Of a DNA stretch of 64,000 nucleotides, positions 54,694-64,000 are shown in pieces. The notes under the pieces were generated by a model. The model saw only the letters and a program-made list of their open reading frames with translations. It was not told where the DNA came from and made no database searches. The position numbers and the translations under genes were made by a program. Where the stretch lies: assembly GCA_963810095.1 (NCBI GenBank), contig CAWEMM010000006.1, positions 1,344,001 to 1,408,000 of the forward strand. Direction: 5' to 3'. The first letter of the stretch is position 1. Every line of letters begins with the position of its first letter. Origin of the DNA: an uncultured Chloroflexia bacterium. Its GTDB lineage: Bacteria > Chloroflexota > Anaerolineae > CG2-30-64-16.

Positions 54694-54775
54694 GATGTTT
54701 GGGCGCCCTTTCGGTCTGCAAGAGCGATGCCTTGCGGTGCACATGGGGTGCTTGCCCCATTTGCAAAGGAAGACT

Positions 54776-55663
54776 TCACTCGTTCTGGAAATGATACTCC
54801 ATCGAATCGCACACCGGACGATAGCCGATTCGTTGGTAGATGTCGTTTGAAGTTGGGTTGGCCAGGTCGGTGTACAGGGTGCAGAATGCCCACCCCGCAT
54901 CGAGAAGCTGCTGGCTGAGCGCTGCCACGCATGCCGACGCGTAGCCCCGGTTGCGCTGCTCGCGCGGCGTGTAGACCAGCGACACGGTCATCCCGTGGCT
55001 CGTCGGCCGCGCTTTCATAGCCATCGAGACGGGATGACCTTCGTTCTCCCAGACGAAGAGATCGCCCAGGCCAACCCGGCGCTCCGCCAGCCCCCAGGCT
55101 TCCAAGGGGTCCAAGGGCGGGAGATTGGCATCCAGGTTGAAGTTGGCCACCCACTCGGCGAGCGTAGCGAGGTCCGCAGAGCGCGCCTGCCTGAGGCAAC
55201 CGGGCACGCCTTCGGGCGGCGTGACCGTCCGGAGTTCGTAGATTCGCTGCCGCATCGCAACGGTGTACGGCCGGCCGGTGCGCTGCGACCAAAGCTCGGC
55301 CAGCGCAAGCGCCGCAGCGGCATGCCCGGTCACGCCCGGGAGTTGACCGTCCGGGCTATCGGGCGGGTTCTGTGCGGTAACGTCGACGAGGTCGTCCAGG
55401 ATCAGGCGCAGGGGTTCGGGATCGGCCCCCCGGCTGCTGTAGAGGATCACGTTGTGGGGTGGGGTTCGGACTGCGGCGGCCACCAGCGCGTCGCCCTCAT
55501 CCACGGTGGCCAGGTAGACGGCAGACTTGCCGTAGAAGTCGGGGCTTTCGGCCACTCGCATGGCGATGCCGACGATGAGGTTGTTGGCCGCCTCTTCCTG
55601 CTCGAGGGGCGCGCGCGCCCGCCGCAAAAACGCGGCCGGGTTCGCATAGCGTGTCAGTTGCAT
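54776..55663 (-). CDS. GNAT acetyltransferase
   Basis: EAANNL, VYTPREQRNRGYAS and LYTDLANPTSNDIYQRIGY motifs. Confidence 0.87.
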   Translation of the reverse strand: MQLTRYANPAAFLRRARAPLEQEEAANNLIVGIAMRVAESPDFYGKSAVYLATVDEGDALVAAAVRTPPHNVILYSSRGADPEPLRLILDDLVDVTAQNPPDSPDGQLPGVTGHAAAALALAELWSQRTGRPYTVAMRQRIYELRTVTPPEGVPGCLRQARSADLATLAEWVANFNLDANLPPLDPLEAWGLAERRVGLGDLFVWENEGHPVSMAMKARPTSHGMTVSLVYTPREQRNRGYASACVAALSQQLLDAGWAFCTLYTDLANPTSNDIYQRIGYRPVCDSMEYHFQNE

Positions 55664-55714
55664 CGGGAACCTCCAGCCCCCACCGTGGAGCGGTGGAGGC
55701 GCTGCTGCTGTTTT

Positions 55715-55833
55715 GATGGGGGCCGGCCGGCCCCCGCCGCCGTCCTTCGGGCATTCTCGTTTGGCGAGGGCCGGCTGGCCCCCGCCGCCCCCGCCTCGGT
55801 GGCTTCGCCCCCGAGACCCCCAAAGGCAACGCT
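55715..55833. repeat. copy of the GGGCCGGCTGGCCCCCGCC repeat family
   Basis: Matches the left end of the 26994-27267 element, including CCCCAAAGGCAACGCT. Confidence 0.6.
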
Positions 55834-55904
55834 CTAAACGTCTCTTGCGCCGCGCATCTGTCATGTCTCGACGGCACGGCGGCGCTAATGGTTGTGGTGC
55901 CCTG

Positions 55905-56478
55905 CTAATGGCTGGATCCGGCAAGTGTGCGCGCGTCGGGCCAGCAGTACGCCACGTCGATGAGTTGGGACGGGCCGATGGTGATGGCTTTTTCGCCAGA
56001 GAGCACGCCGTCCAGCGCTTCGTAGAAGGCACGGGCGGGCGCGTTCTTCTGCAGCGCCCAGATGACGATGGCGGCTCACACCCTGCTGCACAAGCCAGCC
56101 CGCGGCGACTGCCACCAACCGCCGCCCGATGCCCTGCCGTTGGTACTCGGGCGCGAGGTAGAGCGCGTACACCTCGCCGTCGTAGGCCACGCCGTCGACG
56201 ACCAGCCCTTCGCGCTCGGGGCCGCAGCTGGCAAAGCCGGCGATTGTGGACGGCTGGGGGCCGGTTAGCTCGGCGACGAACACCTGGCGGCCCTCGGCGG
56301 GCGCCTCGGCTAACCATTCGCGCCAGCGCGGCTCGCGCGCAACGGGGTCCAGCGCATCGAGGAAACTGTCGGCCACGATGCCCCGATACGCGGCCAGCCA
56401 GGACCGCACGTGCGCGCGGCTGATGCCCGGTGCGTCGGCGGGCGTCGCGTGCCGGATGCCCATGTCCATTTCCGTCAC
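55905..56478 (-). CDS. GNAT acetyltransferase (frameshift near 56078)
   Basis: HVRSWLAAYRGI and EVYALYLAPEYQRQGIG motifs. The second frame gives IWALQKNAPARAFYEALDG. Confidence 0.82.
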
Positions 56479-56575
56479 CCCCGGCTTCCTCTCTGTCGGG
56501 CCGGTCTTCGCCCCGTGGAGTTTGGCCGCGACGGAAAATAATAGGATTTTGTGGTAGCCACTTTTATGACCACAG

Positions 56576-58375
56576 TCAGGATTTCGCAGCCTTCTGCCCC
56601 GCGACGTCCCCCAGCATCTCGGCCACGCTGGCCCGCCCGGCGTCCGTGTCCGCGCCCATCATGCGGGCCAGTTCCGCGACCTGGCCGTCGCCCTCCAGGC
56701 GTAGAACCTCGGTCGTCGTGCGGCCGGCGGCGACGTGCTTTGCGACGTGGTAGTGCAGGTCGCCATAAGCGGCAAGTTGTGGCAGGTGCGTGATGCACAG
56801 GACCTGGTGGCGCACACCCGCTGCTGCGGCCGCCGGTGCGCCGTTGCGCATGGTCAGCCCCCACAGCTTGAGCCCAACCGTGCCGCCCACCCGGCCGCCG
56901 ATGCCCTGGTCGATCTCGTCGAAGATGAGGGTCGGCGTCTCGTCGGCCCGACCGAGCACCGTCTTCAGCGCCAGCATGAGCCGAGACGTCTCGCCGCCAG
57001 ACGCAACCCTGGCCAAGGGCCGGAGCGGCTCGCCTGGGTTTGCGGAAACGAGGAAGCCGACCGTATCGAGCCCGTGGCCGTCGAAGGCATAGCGGCCGGG
57101 TTGGGCACTGCTTCGTATAGCCGAATCCGTCTCAACCACTGCACCGGACGGGTCAGCGGTCCATTGGATGTCGACGGCAAAATGTGCGCGGGCCATCTGC
57201 AGGTCGTCCAACTCGGCCTCGATCGCACGAGCCATGCGCTCGCCGGCTGCGCGGCGTGCGGCCGACAGTTCCGCGCCCTGCCGGCCCAACTCGACCAGGA
57301 ACCCTGCTTCCGCTGCCTCCAGCTCCTCGATGCGCTCGCCCGCATGGGTGATCGTTTCGAGCTCGGCGGCCGACCGCTGGCCGTACGCCAGCACCTCTTC
57401 GACGGTGTCCCCGTATTTGCGCTGCAGGCTGTGGATCACGTGCAGGCGCTCTTCCACCTGCTGCAGCCGCCGGGGGTTGAACTCCACGCCGTCGCGGTAG
57501 TGGCTCAGCTCGCGGCCGATGTCGTCGAGCAGCGCAGTCGCCTCGCCCAACTGGTCGAGCAGACCGGCCGCGGTGGGGTCGATGCGCGCAAGCCGGGTCA
57601 GTGCTTGTTCGGCCAAGCCCAGCGCGTCGAGGGCGCCTGGCGTGTCCGCATCGCTGCCCGAGATCAGCAGGCTGGCTTCGGTGCTCAGCTGCGACAACTG
57701 CTCGGCATTGGCGAGGCGCTTGCGCTCCGCGTCCAGTTCCTCTTCCTCGCCCACCTTGAGCTTAGCGGCCCGGATCTCCTCGACCTGGTAGCTGAGTAGG
57801 TCGATGCGACGGGCGCGTTCGCGCTCATCCTGGCGCAGCCCCTCCAACTCGCGGCGGATGGCCCGCACCCGGCGCACCAGGTCTGACACCCGGCCCACCT
57901 CTTCGCTCAGTCCTGCGTAGCGATCGAGCAAGCCGACGTGCTCGCGTTCGTGTAGCAACGAGAGGTGTTCGCCCTGGCCGTGCACGTCGACGAGCAGGTT
58001 GCCGACTTCGCCCAGCAGCGCCGTGGTGACCGCTCGACCGTTGACGCGCGCCACCGATCGCCCGTTCGCGCGCACCTCGCGTGCGAGCACGATTTCGTCG
58101 GCCTGGTCGCCCTCCAGCCCGTGCTCGGCCAGCAGGGGCGCCACGCGCGCTCCGACGGACGGGTTCAGCCGGAATGTGCCCTCGACCTCGGTCCGGTCGG
58201 CGCCGGCGCGCACGACTTCCTGCGATGCCCGGTCGCCCAGCAGCAGGTTGACAGCGTCGATGATGATGGACTTGCCCGCGCCGGTCTCGCCGGTCAGCAC
58301 ATTGAAGCCGGGTCCGAAGACGAGGTCAAGGCGGTCGATGATCGCGAGATCGCGTATCCGTAGTTCGGTCAGCAT
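56576..58375 (-). CDS. recN: DNA repair protein RecN
   Basis: LTGETGAGKS, HGQGEH, VASGGETSRLMLALK, FDEIDQGIGG and CITHLPQLAA motifs. Confidence 0.96.
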   Translation of the reverse strand: MLTELRIRDLAIIDRLDLVFGPGFNVLTGETGAGKSIIIDAVNLLLGDRASQEVVRAGADRTEVEGTFRLNPSVGARVAPLLAEHGLEGDQADEIVLAREVRANGRSVARVNGRAVTTALLGEVGNLLVDVHGQGEHLSLLHEREHVGLLDRYAGLSEEVGRVSDLVRRVRAIRRELEGLRQDERERARRIDLLSYQVEEIRAAKLKVGEEEELDAERKRLANAEQLSQLSTEASLLISGSDADTPGALDALGLAEQALTRLARIDPTAAGLLDQLGEATALLDDIGRELSHYRDGVEFNPRRLQQVEERLHVIHSLQRKYGDTVEEVLAYGQRSAAELETITHAGERIEELEAAEAGFLVELGRQGAELSAARRAAGERMARAIEAELDDLQMARAHFAVDIQWTADPSGAVVETDSAIRSSAQPGRYAFDGHGLDTVGFLVSANPGEPLRPLARVASGGETSRLMLALKTVLGRADETPTLIFDEIDQGIGGRVGGTVGLKLWGLTMRNGAPAAAAAGVRHQVLCITHLPQLAAYGDLHYHVAKHVAAGRTTTEVLRLEGDGQVAELARMMGADTDAGRASVAEMLGDVAGQKAAKS

Positions 58376-58385
58376 ACTTATATCT

Positions 58386-59616
58386 CTAGCTTCGCCGCAC
58401 CTGGGGGGCGAAGAGAATCAGGCCCAGCGCAAAGACCAGGGAAATGCCCGCTCCGAGAGCGATCGCGAGGCTTGCCCCGATCACCTGCGCCACGGCCCCG
58501 GCCAGCAGCGACCCGAACGGCGCGGTGCCGAAGAACATGAGCGAGTAGACGCTCGTGACGCGGCCGCGCAGTTCATCGGGCGCCAGGGTCTGGACCAGGG
58601 TATTGGCCTCGACATTTTGCATGACGAAGCCGAGACCGACGAGCACGAGCAGGAACAGCGCGACGTACAAGTTGCCGGTGAACGCCAGGCCGAGCAGCGC
58701 CAGCGGGAACAGCAGGCTTCCGACGGTCAGGATGCCTCCGCGGTTGCCCCGCCGGCTGAGGCTGGCGACCAAGAGCGAGCCAACGAGTGCGCCGACGCCG
58801 ACTGCTGCGTTCATCACCCCGTAGCCGGCCTCGTCCGTGTGCAGCACGTCCGTGGCGTAGGCCGGCAGCAGGACGGCATACGAAAAGCCGAAGAGCGCGG
58901 CCGCACCGACGAGGACGATGATGGGACGGATCACCTGGTGATGGGCGATGAAGCGGATGCCCTCGCCGATGTCGGCGAAGACGCGACGGCTGGACGGCCG
59001 GCCCACGTCGTTGGGCAGCACCAGGAGCAGGAGCGCGATGAGCACGGCGAGGAAGCTGAGGGCATTGAGCGCGAAACACCAGGCCGCGCCGGCCGTTGCC
59101 AGCACGAGGCCGCCGATGGCCGGCCCCACCACGCGCTGCCATGTTGAACATCATGGCATTGAGCGCGATGGCGTTCTGCATGTCCTCCCGGTCATCGACC
59201 AACTCTGGGACGATGGACATGCGGGCGGGCGCATCAAACGAGTTCGCCACGCCGAGCAGGAACGCCAGCACGCCAATCTGCCAAACCTGCAGCGTCCCGC
59301 TCCATGCAAGCCCGGCGAGGATGAACGCGAACACCATCATGCTGGCTTGCGTGATGATCAATAACTTGCGCTTGGACACGCGGTCGGCAACGACGCCGCC
59401 CGGAAGCATCAGGAACAGCGTGGGCAGGGTCCCGATGAATGCGATGGTGCCCAACGCGAATTTAGAGCCCGTGAGTTGATAGACCAGCCAGCCTTGCGCC
59501 ACGGACTGCATCCACGTGCCCATGAGCGAAAGGACCTGGCCGACGAACCACTTGCGGTAGTTCGGATGCCGCAATGCCGCAAACGTTGCGGGAATCCGGC
59601 CCGAAGCTCCTTGCAT
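58386..59616 (-). CDS. MFS transporter (DUF894/MFS_3-like; frameshift near 59135)
   Basis: FAALRHPNYR, GTWMQSVAQGWLV, GVVADR and LRGRV motifs. Confidence 0.88.
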
Positions 59617-59647
59617 GTTTGCCTACCTATCTACGCCTTACACTTCG

Positions 59648-60160
59648 CTACAACAACCTCGCGTACAATGTGCTTGCTGCCAACCCGCCCAGGAGCAGCG
59701 CACTCCAAAACATGAACATACCCGGAAAGCCCACCAGGAAGAACCCGACGGCCAGGAAGCCTACAACAAAAGCTGCGGTTGCACCGATCTTGAGGCCGGC
59801 CGCACGTCGACGCCGGAGCACTCGCCGGATGACCTCGGCCACCGCGCCGCCGGCCGCGGGCCCGGCAAAAAATGCGATGATGAAGCCGATCCACGGGATG
59901 CGCCCGAGGAACAGGTACGACAATGCGCCCACGCCCAGGCCGAGCACTAACGCGATGACCGTGCCGATGGCGACGTCGGAGCTGGTGCCGTTGTAATACC
60001 TGGCCTGTGCAGCCTTGCGGCAGTCGGGACAGATCTGCCCGACCGGCGTCTTGAAGGCGCACTGGTAGCAGATGGGCTTGTCGCAGCGGTGGCAGCGCAG
60101 CCCGGTCTCGCGATCTGGATGGTTCACGCAGTAGATCGCCGGAACAACTGGTTCGGTCAT
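59648..60160 (-). CDS. B-box-type zinc-finger membrane protein
   Basis: CVNHPDRETGLRCHRCDKPICYQC..CPDC followed by TM helices. Confidence 0.8.
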   Translation of the reverse strand: MTEPVVPAIYCVNHPDRETGLRCHRCDKPICYQCAFKTPVGQICPDCRKAAQARYYNGTSSDVAIGTVIALVLGLGVGALSYLFLGRIPWIGFIIAFFAGPAAGGAVAEVIRRVLRRRRAAGLKIGATAAFVVGFLAVGFFLVGFPGMFMFWSALLLGGLAASTLYARLL

Positions 60161-60270
60161 AAGTCCTACTTTCTCTGTCTCGAGAAATCACGTTCCTTGC
60201 GCCGGCTTAGCCGGCGACGTAAACGGGATTTCCAGCCTATAACGCGTTGGAGAAACCAGTTCCTGGCCCT

Positions 60271-61119
60271 CTATCCTCGCCAACGGAGGCGCTCCATCAG
60301 CGTGCGGTAGAAGTACGCCCGGTCTTGCACGTGGACGAACTGCGCGACGTGCCGGCTTGCGCGCACCTCTACCCGGTCGCCTTCGGCCAGGGCGATCTCG
60401 AACTGTCCGTCGACGGTAAGGATGGGCGCGTAGTCGGCGTGCGCCTCGAGCGTGATCGTGGCGCCCTGGGCTAACACGATGGGCCGGTCCAGGCTGAGGT
60501 GCGCGCAGATCGGGATGACGAGGATGTTTTTGAGCTCTGGCGGCAGGATCGGGCCGCCAGCGGCCAGCGCGTACCCCGTGCAGCCGGTCGGCGTCGAGAC
60601 GATGACGCCGTCGGCCCGGAAGGTCGTCAGGTAGCTCTGATCGACCCAGGTGTTGACCGAGATGATGCGCGCCAGGCCACCCCGGCTGATGACGACGTCG
60701 TTGATGGCGAGGTAGGAGTGGTTGACCGATGGCTCGCCCTCGCGCGTCAGGGCCACGTCGAGCAGCATCCGCTCTTCGATCCAGTACCGGCCGCCCAGAA
60801 TTTCCTCCAGCGGCGGCTCCCATTCCTCGGGCGTGATTTCAGCCAGGAAGCTGACCTTGCCGAGCTTTACGCCGACGATGGGCACCTGGTCGCGGCTGGC
60901 CACGCGGGCGGCGCGCAGCATGGTGCCATCGCCGCCAAGCGTGACGAGCAGGTCGAGCCCGCGCACGTTTGCCAGCGCCTCGGGTTCGTCCCACGCCGAG
61001 CCGATCCAGACGGAGCAGCCGCGGGTTTGCAGGAACTCGGCCATTCGGTCCGCCAGGGGTGCGCTCTCAGGTTTCTTCGGATGAATGAGCAGTCCGACGC
61101 TGCGGGGCGCGTTGAGCAT
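60271..61119 (-). CDS. nadK: NAD kinase
   Basis: LGGDGTML, AIND, ADGVIVSTPTG.TGYALAAGGP and VDGQ motifs. Confidence 0.94.
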   Translation of the reverse strand: MLNAPRSVGLLIHPKKPESAPLADRMAEFLQTRGCSVWIGSAWDEPEALANVRGLDLLVTLGGDGTMLRAARVASRDQVPIVGVKLGKVSFLAEITPEEWEPPLEEILGGRYWIEERMLLDVALTREGEPSVNHSYLAINDVVISRGGLARIISVNTWVDQSYLTTFRADGVIVSTPTGCTGYALAAGGPILPPELKNILVIPICAHLSLDRPIVLAQGATITLEAHADYAPILTVDGQFEIALAEGDRVEVRASRHVAQFVHVQDRAYFYRTLMERLRWRG

Positions 61120-61132
61120 GGACGGGTCCCCC

Positions 61133-62399
61133 CTATGCCAAGCCCAGGTGGGCCCGCAGCCAGTTGACGATCTCGGCGCTGTTGACCGAAGTCTGCTGGC
61201 CGGTTGCCATCTCGCGCACGAGCACCGTATCCTGTGCCAGCTCTGACTCGCCGAGGATGATGGTGTAGGCGACGCTCGCCTTGTCCGCGCTCTTGAGCTG
61301 CGCTTTGAGGCTGCGGCTGCCGAAGGCTAGCAGCGCGCCGATCTCGGCCTCGCGCAGCTGGCGCACCAGCTTGATCCCGGCCGCCCGGGCCGCTTCGCCC
61401 AACGGAGAAACCTGCACGCGCGGGGCGGGCAGGGCCGGCGGCTGCACACCCTGCGCTTTCAGGCTGGCGATGACCCGCTCGATGCCCATCCCGAAGCCGA
61501 TGCCGGGGGTCGGCGGTCCGCCGAGCTCCTCGATGAGACGGTCGTAGCGGCCGCCACCGCACACGGCGGCCTGTGCACCGATGCCCTGTGCCCACACCTC
61601 GAACACCGTCTTCGTGTAATAGTCCAGGCCGCGCACGAGCCGGAAGTTGATCGTGTGGGGCATGTTGAGGCTGTCGAGGTAGCCGCGCAGGGTGGCGAGG
61701 TGCGTGGCGCACTCTTCGCAGAGATAGTCGACGCTGTGAGGCGCGTCGTTCAGCAGCGGCTGGGCGGCCTCCTCCTTCGAGTCGAGCAGGCGCAGCGGGT
61801 TGATCGACAGCCGGCGGCGGTCGGTCTCGTTCAGCCGGTCCTCGTACTGCTTGAAGTAGGTAATCAGGGCCTGGCGGTAGGCCGGGCGGCAGTTGGGACA
61901 GCCGGTCGAGTTGAGCTGGAAGCTCAGCCCGCGGTAGCCAAGGCGCGAGAGCAAGCGTCCAGGCGACCGACATGACTTCCAGGTCGACCGCGGGATCGAG
62001 CTCGCCGAGCATCTCGACGTTGAACTGGTGGTGCTGGCGGAAGCGGCCGGCCTGGGGGCGCTCGTAGCGGAAGATCGGGCCCATGGAGTAGAGCTTGACC
62101 GGCTGGGGCCGCACGTGCATGCCGTGCTGGATGTACGCGCGCATGACGCCCGCGGTCCATTCGGGGCGCAGCGTGATTTCATCGCCGCCCTTATCCTGGA
62201 AGGTGTACATCTCCTTGTCGACGATGTCGGTCCCTTCCCCAACCCCACGCACATACAGGCTGGTTGCCTCGAAGATGGGTGTGTCGATCTGCTGCAGGCC
62301 AAAGAGCGCAGCGACCTTGTGCATTTCTTCGGTCACGTAGCGCCAGTATGGCCGGTCCTCGGGCAGGATGTCCTGAGTGCCCTTCGGGGCCTGGTACAT
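61133..62399 (-). CDS. hisS: histidyl-tRNA synthetase (frameshift near 61960)
   Basis: KGTQD, TDIVDKEMY, FRYERPQAGRFRQ, LVRGLDYY, GGGRYD and GFGMGIER motifs. Confidence 0.96.
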
Positions 62400-62659
62400 G
62401 TTGATTGCCTCCGAATCCGATTTCCGCGCCGAGGCGCGACAACCTGCGAATTATAGCGCAGTTGAAGCGCAGTGTCTAAGGAAGTGCAGGGCGCGCGGCC
62501 CCAACTCCGACGGCGCGGCGCCCTTCGCGCTTCGCATCCTTCATCCCCCTTCGCGTCTTCGCGTTCCAAACCGAACCCCCCGTTGACAGCCTTGTGTCGA
62601 ATATGGTACAAGCACCGACCAGAAGCGGGTGGCACCCGTCTTGCGGAGGTGTATGAAGC

Positions 62660-63236
62660 ATGGCTGATATCAGAGGCACGGCGAGGGAGGTGGCGCCTGA
62701 ACGACGCGCCGAACTGCTCGAAACATTGCGGGCTCGTTTCGAGAAACACATGGACCGCCACCCCGGGCTCGAGTGGAGCCAGGTGCAGGCCCGGCTGGAG
62801 GAGCACCCCGACAAATTGTGGTCGCTCGGCGAGATGGAACGGACCGGCGGCGAGCCGGACGTGACCGGCCGTGACGGGGAAACCGGCGCGTTCGTTTTCT
62901 GCGATTGCGCCGCGGAAAGCCCGCAGGGCCGTCGCAACCTGTGTTATGACCGGGCCGCGCTTGACGCGCGCAAGACGGCCAAGCCGGAGAACAGCGCGGT
63001 GGACCTGGCGGCCGCGATGGGCGTTGCGCTCCTGACAGAAGAGGAATACCGGGCGCTGCAGGAACGCGGCGAGTACGATCTGAAGACGTCAAGCTGGCTC
63101 GGCACGCCCCCCGAGGTCCGGAAACACGGGGGCGCCATCTTCGGCGACCGTCGTTTCGGCCGCGTCTTCATCTATCACAACGGCGCGGACTCGTATTACG
63201 GGGCAAGGGGCTTTCGAGGCGCTGCTGCGGGTGTGA
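62660..63236 (+). CDS. DUF4256 family protein (last codons probably shifted; the ORF as read ends at 63262)
   Basis: EMERTGGEPDV, ESPQGRRNLCYD, DLKTSSWL and YHNGADSYY motifs; GGAGG RBS. Confidence 0.82.
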
Positions 63237-63341
63237 AAAGGCGGGAATTGGACGCAGATTGAACTGATGTGGACTGATGTACCTGATCGTTGTCCACGCG
63301 TATCAGGAAAATCAGTCTAGCACAGTTGAATCTGCGTCCTG

Positions 63342-64000
63342 TTATTGCTTCGGCGGGTGCACGCTGAGGTATTGCAGCAGGAAGGGGAAGGTCTCGCCGA
63401 GCACCTCGTAGCTCTCCCAGCCGACCGAAGCGGCCGCGGCGAAGATGGCCGCACCGAGCACGTAGTCGTCCTGCATGAGGTGCGCGTCGTACCAGGCCAA
63501 TTGCTCGATGTAGTTGCCCGGCGTGTCGCTGCCCATCCCCAAGCCGGCCCAGTAACCCCCGAAGTCCTGCCAGCCCTTGCCTTGCGGGCCGGGGCGGTTC
63601 TGGAGCAGACCGTCGATACCCACCTCTGTCAGCAGGAGGGGGATGTTGAGCTTGTTCGGCTGGAGGTACTGGCGATACACCTTGCGGTAGCGCAGGGTGA
63701 TCCACCCTTCCTCGGCCGCGTTGATCGTCCACCCCAGGGGGTCTTGCGGGGTCCCGAACTGCATGGTCGGCGCGCTGTACTCGTGCAGCCCGAGATACCC
63801 CTTATGCTTGATGGCTGCCTCGAGCGCGGGCCGGAACTGGGGCCACCACTCGAGCGGCGGCATCCCCGCGCTGAAGTTGCCGACGCACGAGCGCACACCG
63901 GCCTTAGCGAAGATCTCCGTGCGGGCCGCCTCGAACTCGCCAAGGCGGGCCATCTCGTCCGGGTTGCCCGGCGTCGGCTCGTTGAACGACTCCCATGCGT
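63342..64000 (-). CDS. 3' part of a protein with a glycoside-hydrolase-like catalytic domain
   Basis: ESFNEP, LGLHEY, LRYRKVY, LLTEVGID and QLAWYD motifs; open to the window edge. Confidence 0.55.
   Translation of the reverse strand, partial: AWESFNEPTPGNPDEMARLGEFEAARTEIFAKAGVRSCVGNFSAGMPPLEWWPQFRPALEAAIKHKGYLGLHEYSAPTMQFGTPQDPLGWTINAAEEGWITLRYRKVYRQYLQPNKLNIPLLLTEVGIDGLLQNRPGPQGKGWQDFGGYWAGLGMGSDTPGNYIEQLAWYDAHLMQDDYVLGAAIFAAAASVGWESYEVLGETFPFLLQYLSVHPPKQ

Noticed and set aside
54776-56317. 513-aa extended GNAT ORF
   Set aside because: It reads through a repeat element and an off-frame part of the upstream GNAT. The real gene starts at 55663.

Overview
High-GC chromosomal window, most likely from a Chloroflexota (Anaerolineae/Caldilineae-like) bacterium, judged from gene content, a C-terminal YLPV motif and the repeat families; this assignment is inference. 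Many genes, including hisS and ftsH, carry single-base frameshifts, which most likely are uncorrected long-read indels, so several CDS coordinates below are stitched across frames. From left to right: a cobalamin-riboswitch operon (ECF transporter plus three surface proteins resembling split transcobalamin domains); a TroR/MntR-regulated Mn/Fe ABC operon; ftsH; a TPR / lipoprotein / exported TPR-CHAT / S8 protease cluster; recD2 with a cmk-like / nuclease / hpt operon; a low-GC intergenic island holding a 6S-like RNA and a strong match to a replication-origin unwinding module (DnaA-trios plus tandem DnaA boxes) with no dnaA in the window; a two-component system; a four-gene sphingolipid/ceramide operon (eukaryote-like KDSR, bCerS, reductase, Spt); an MrfA-like helicase with an inserted HNH domain; peptidases; and recN, nadK and hisS. 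The most interesting items are the ceramide operon, the oriC/6S island, a riboswitch-controlled leader ORF that crosses two terminators, and the exported CHAT protease cassette. All family assignments come from motif recognition; no database search was run.
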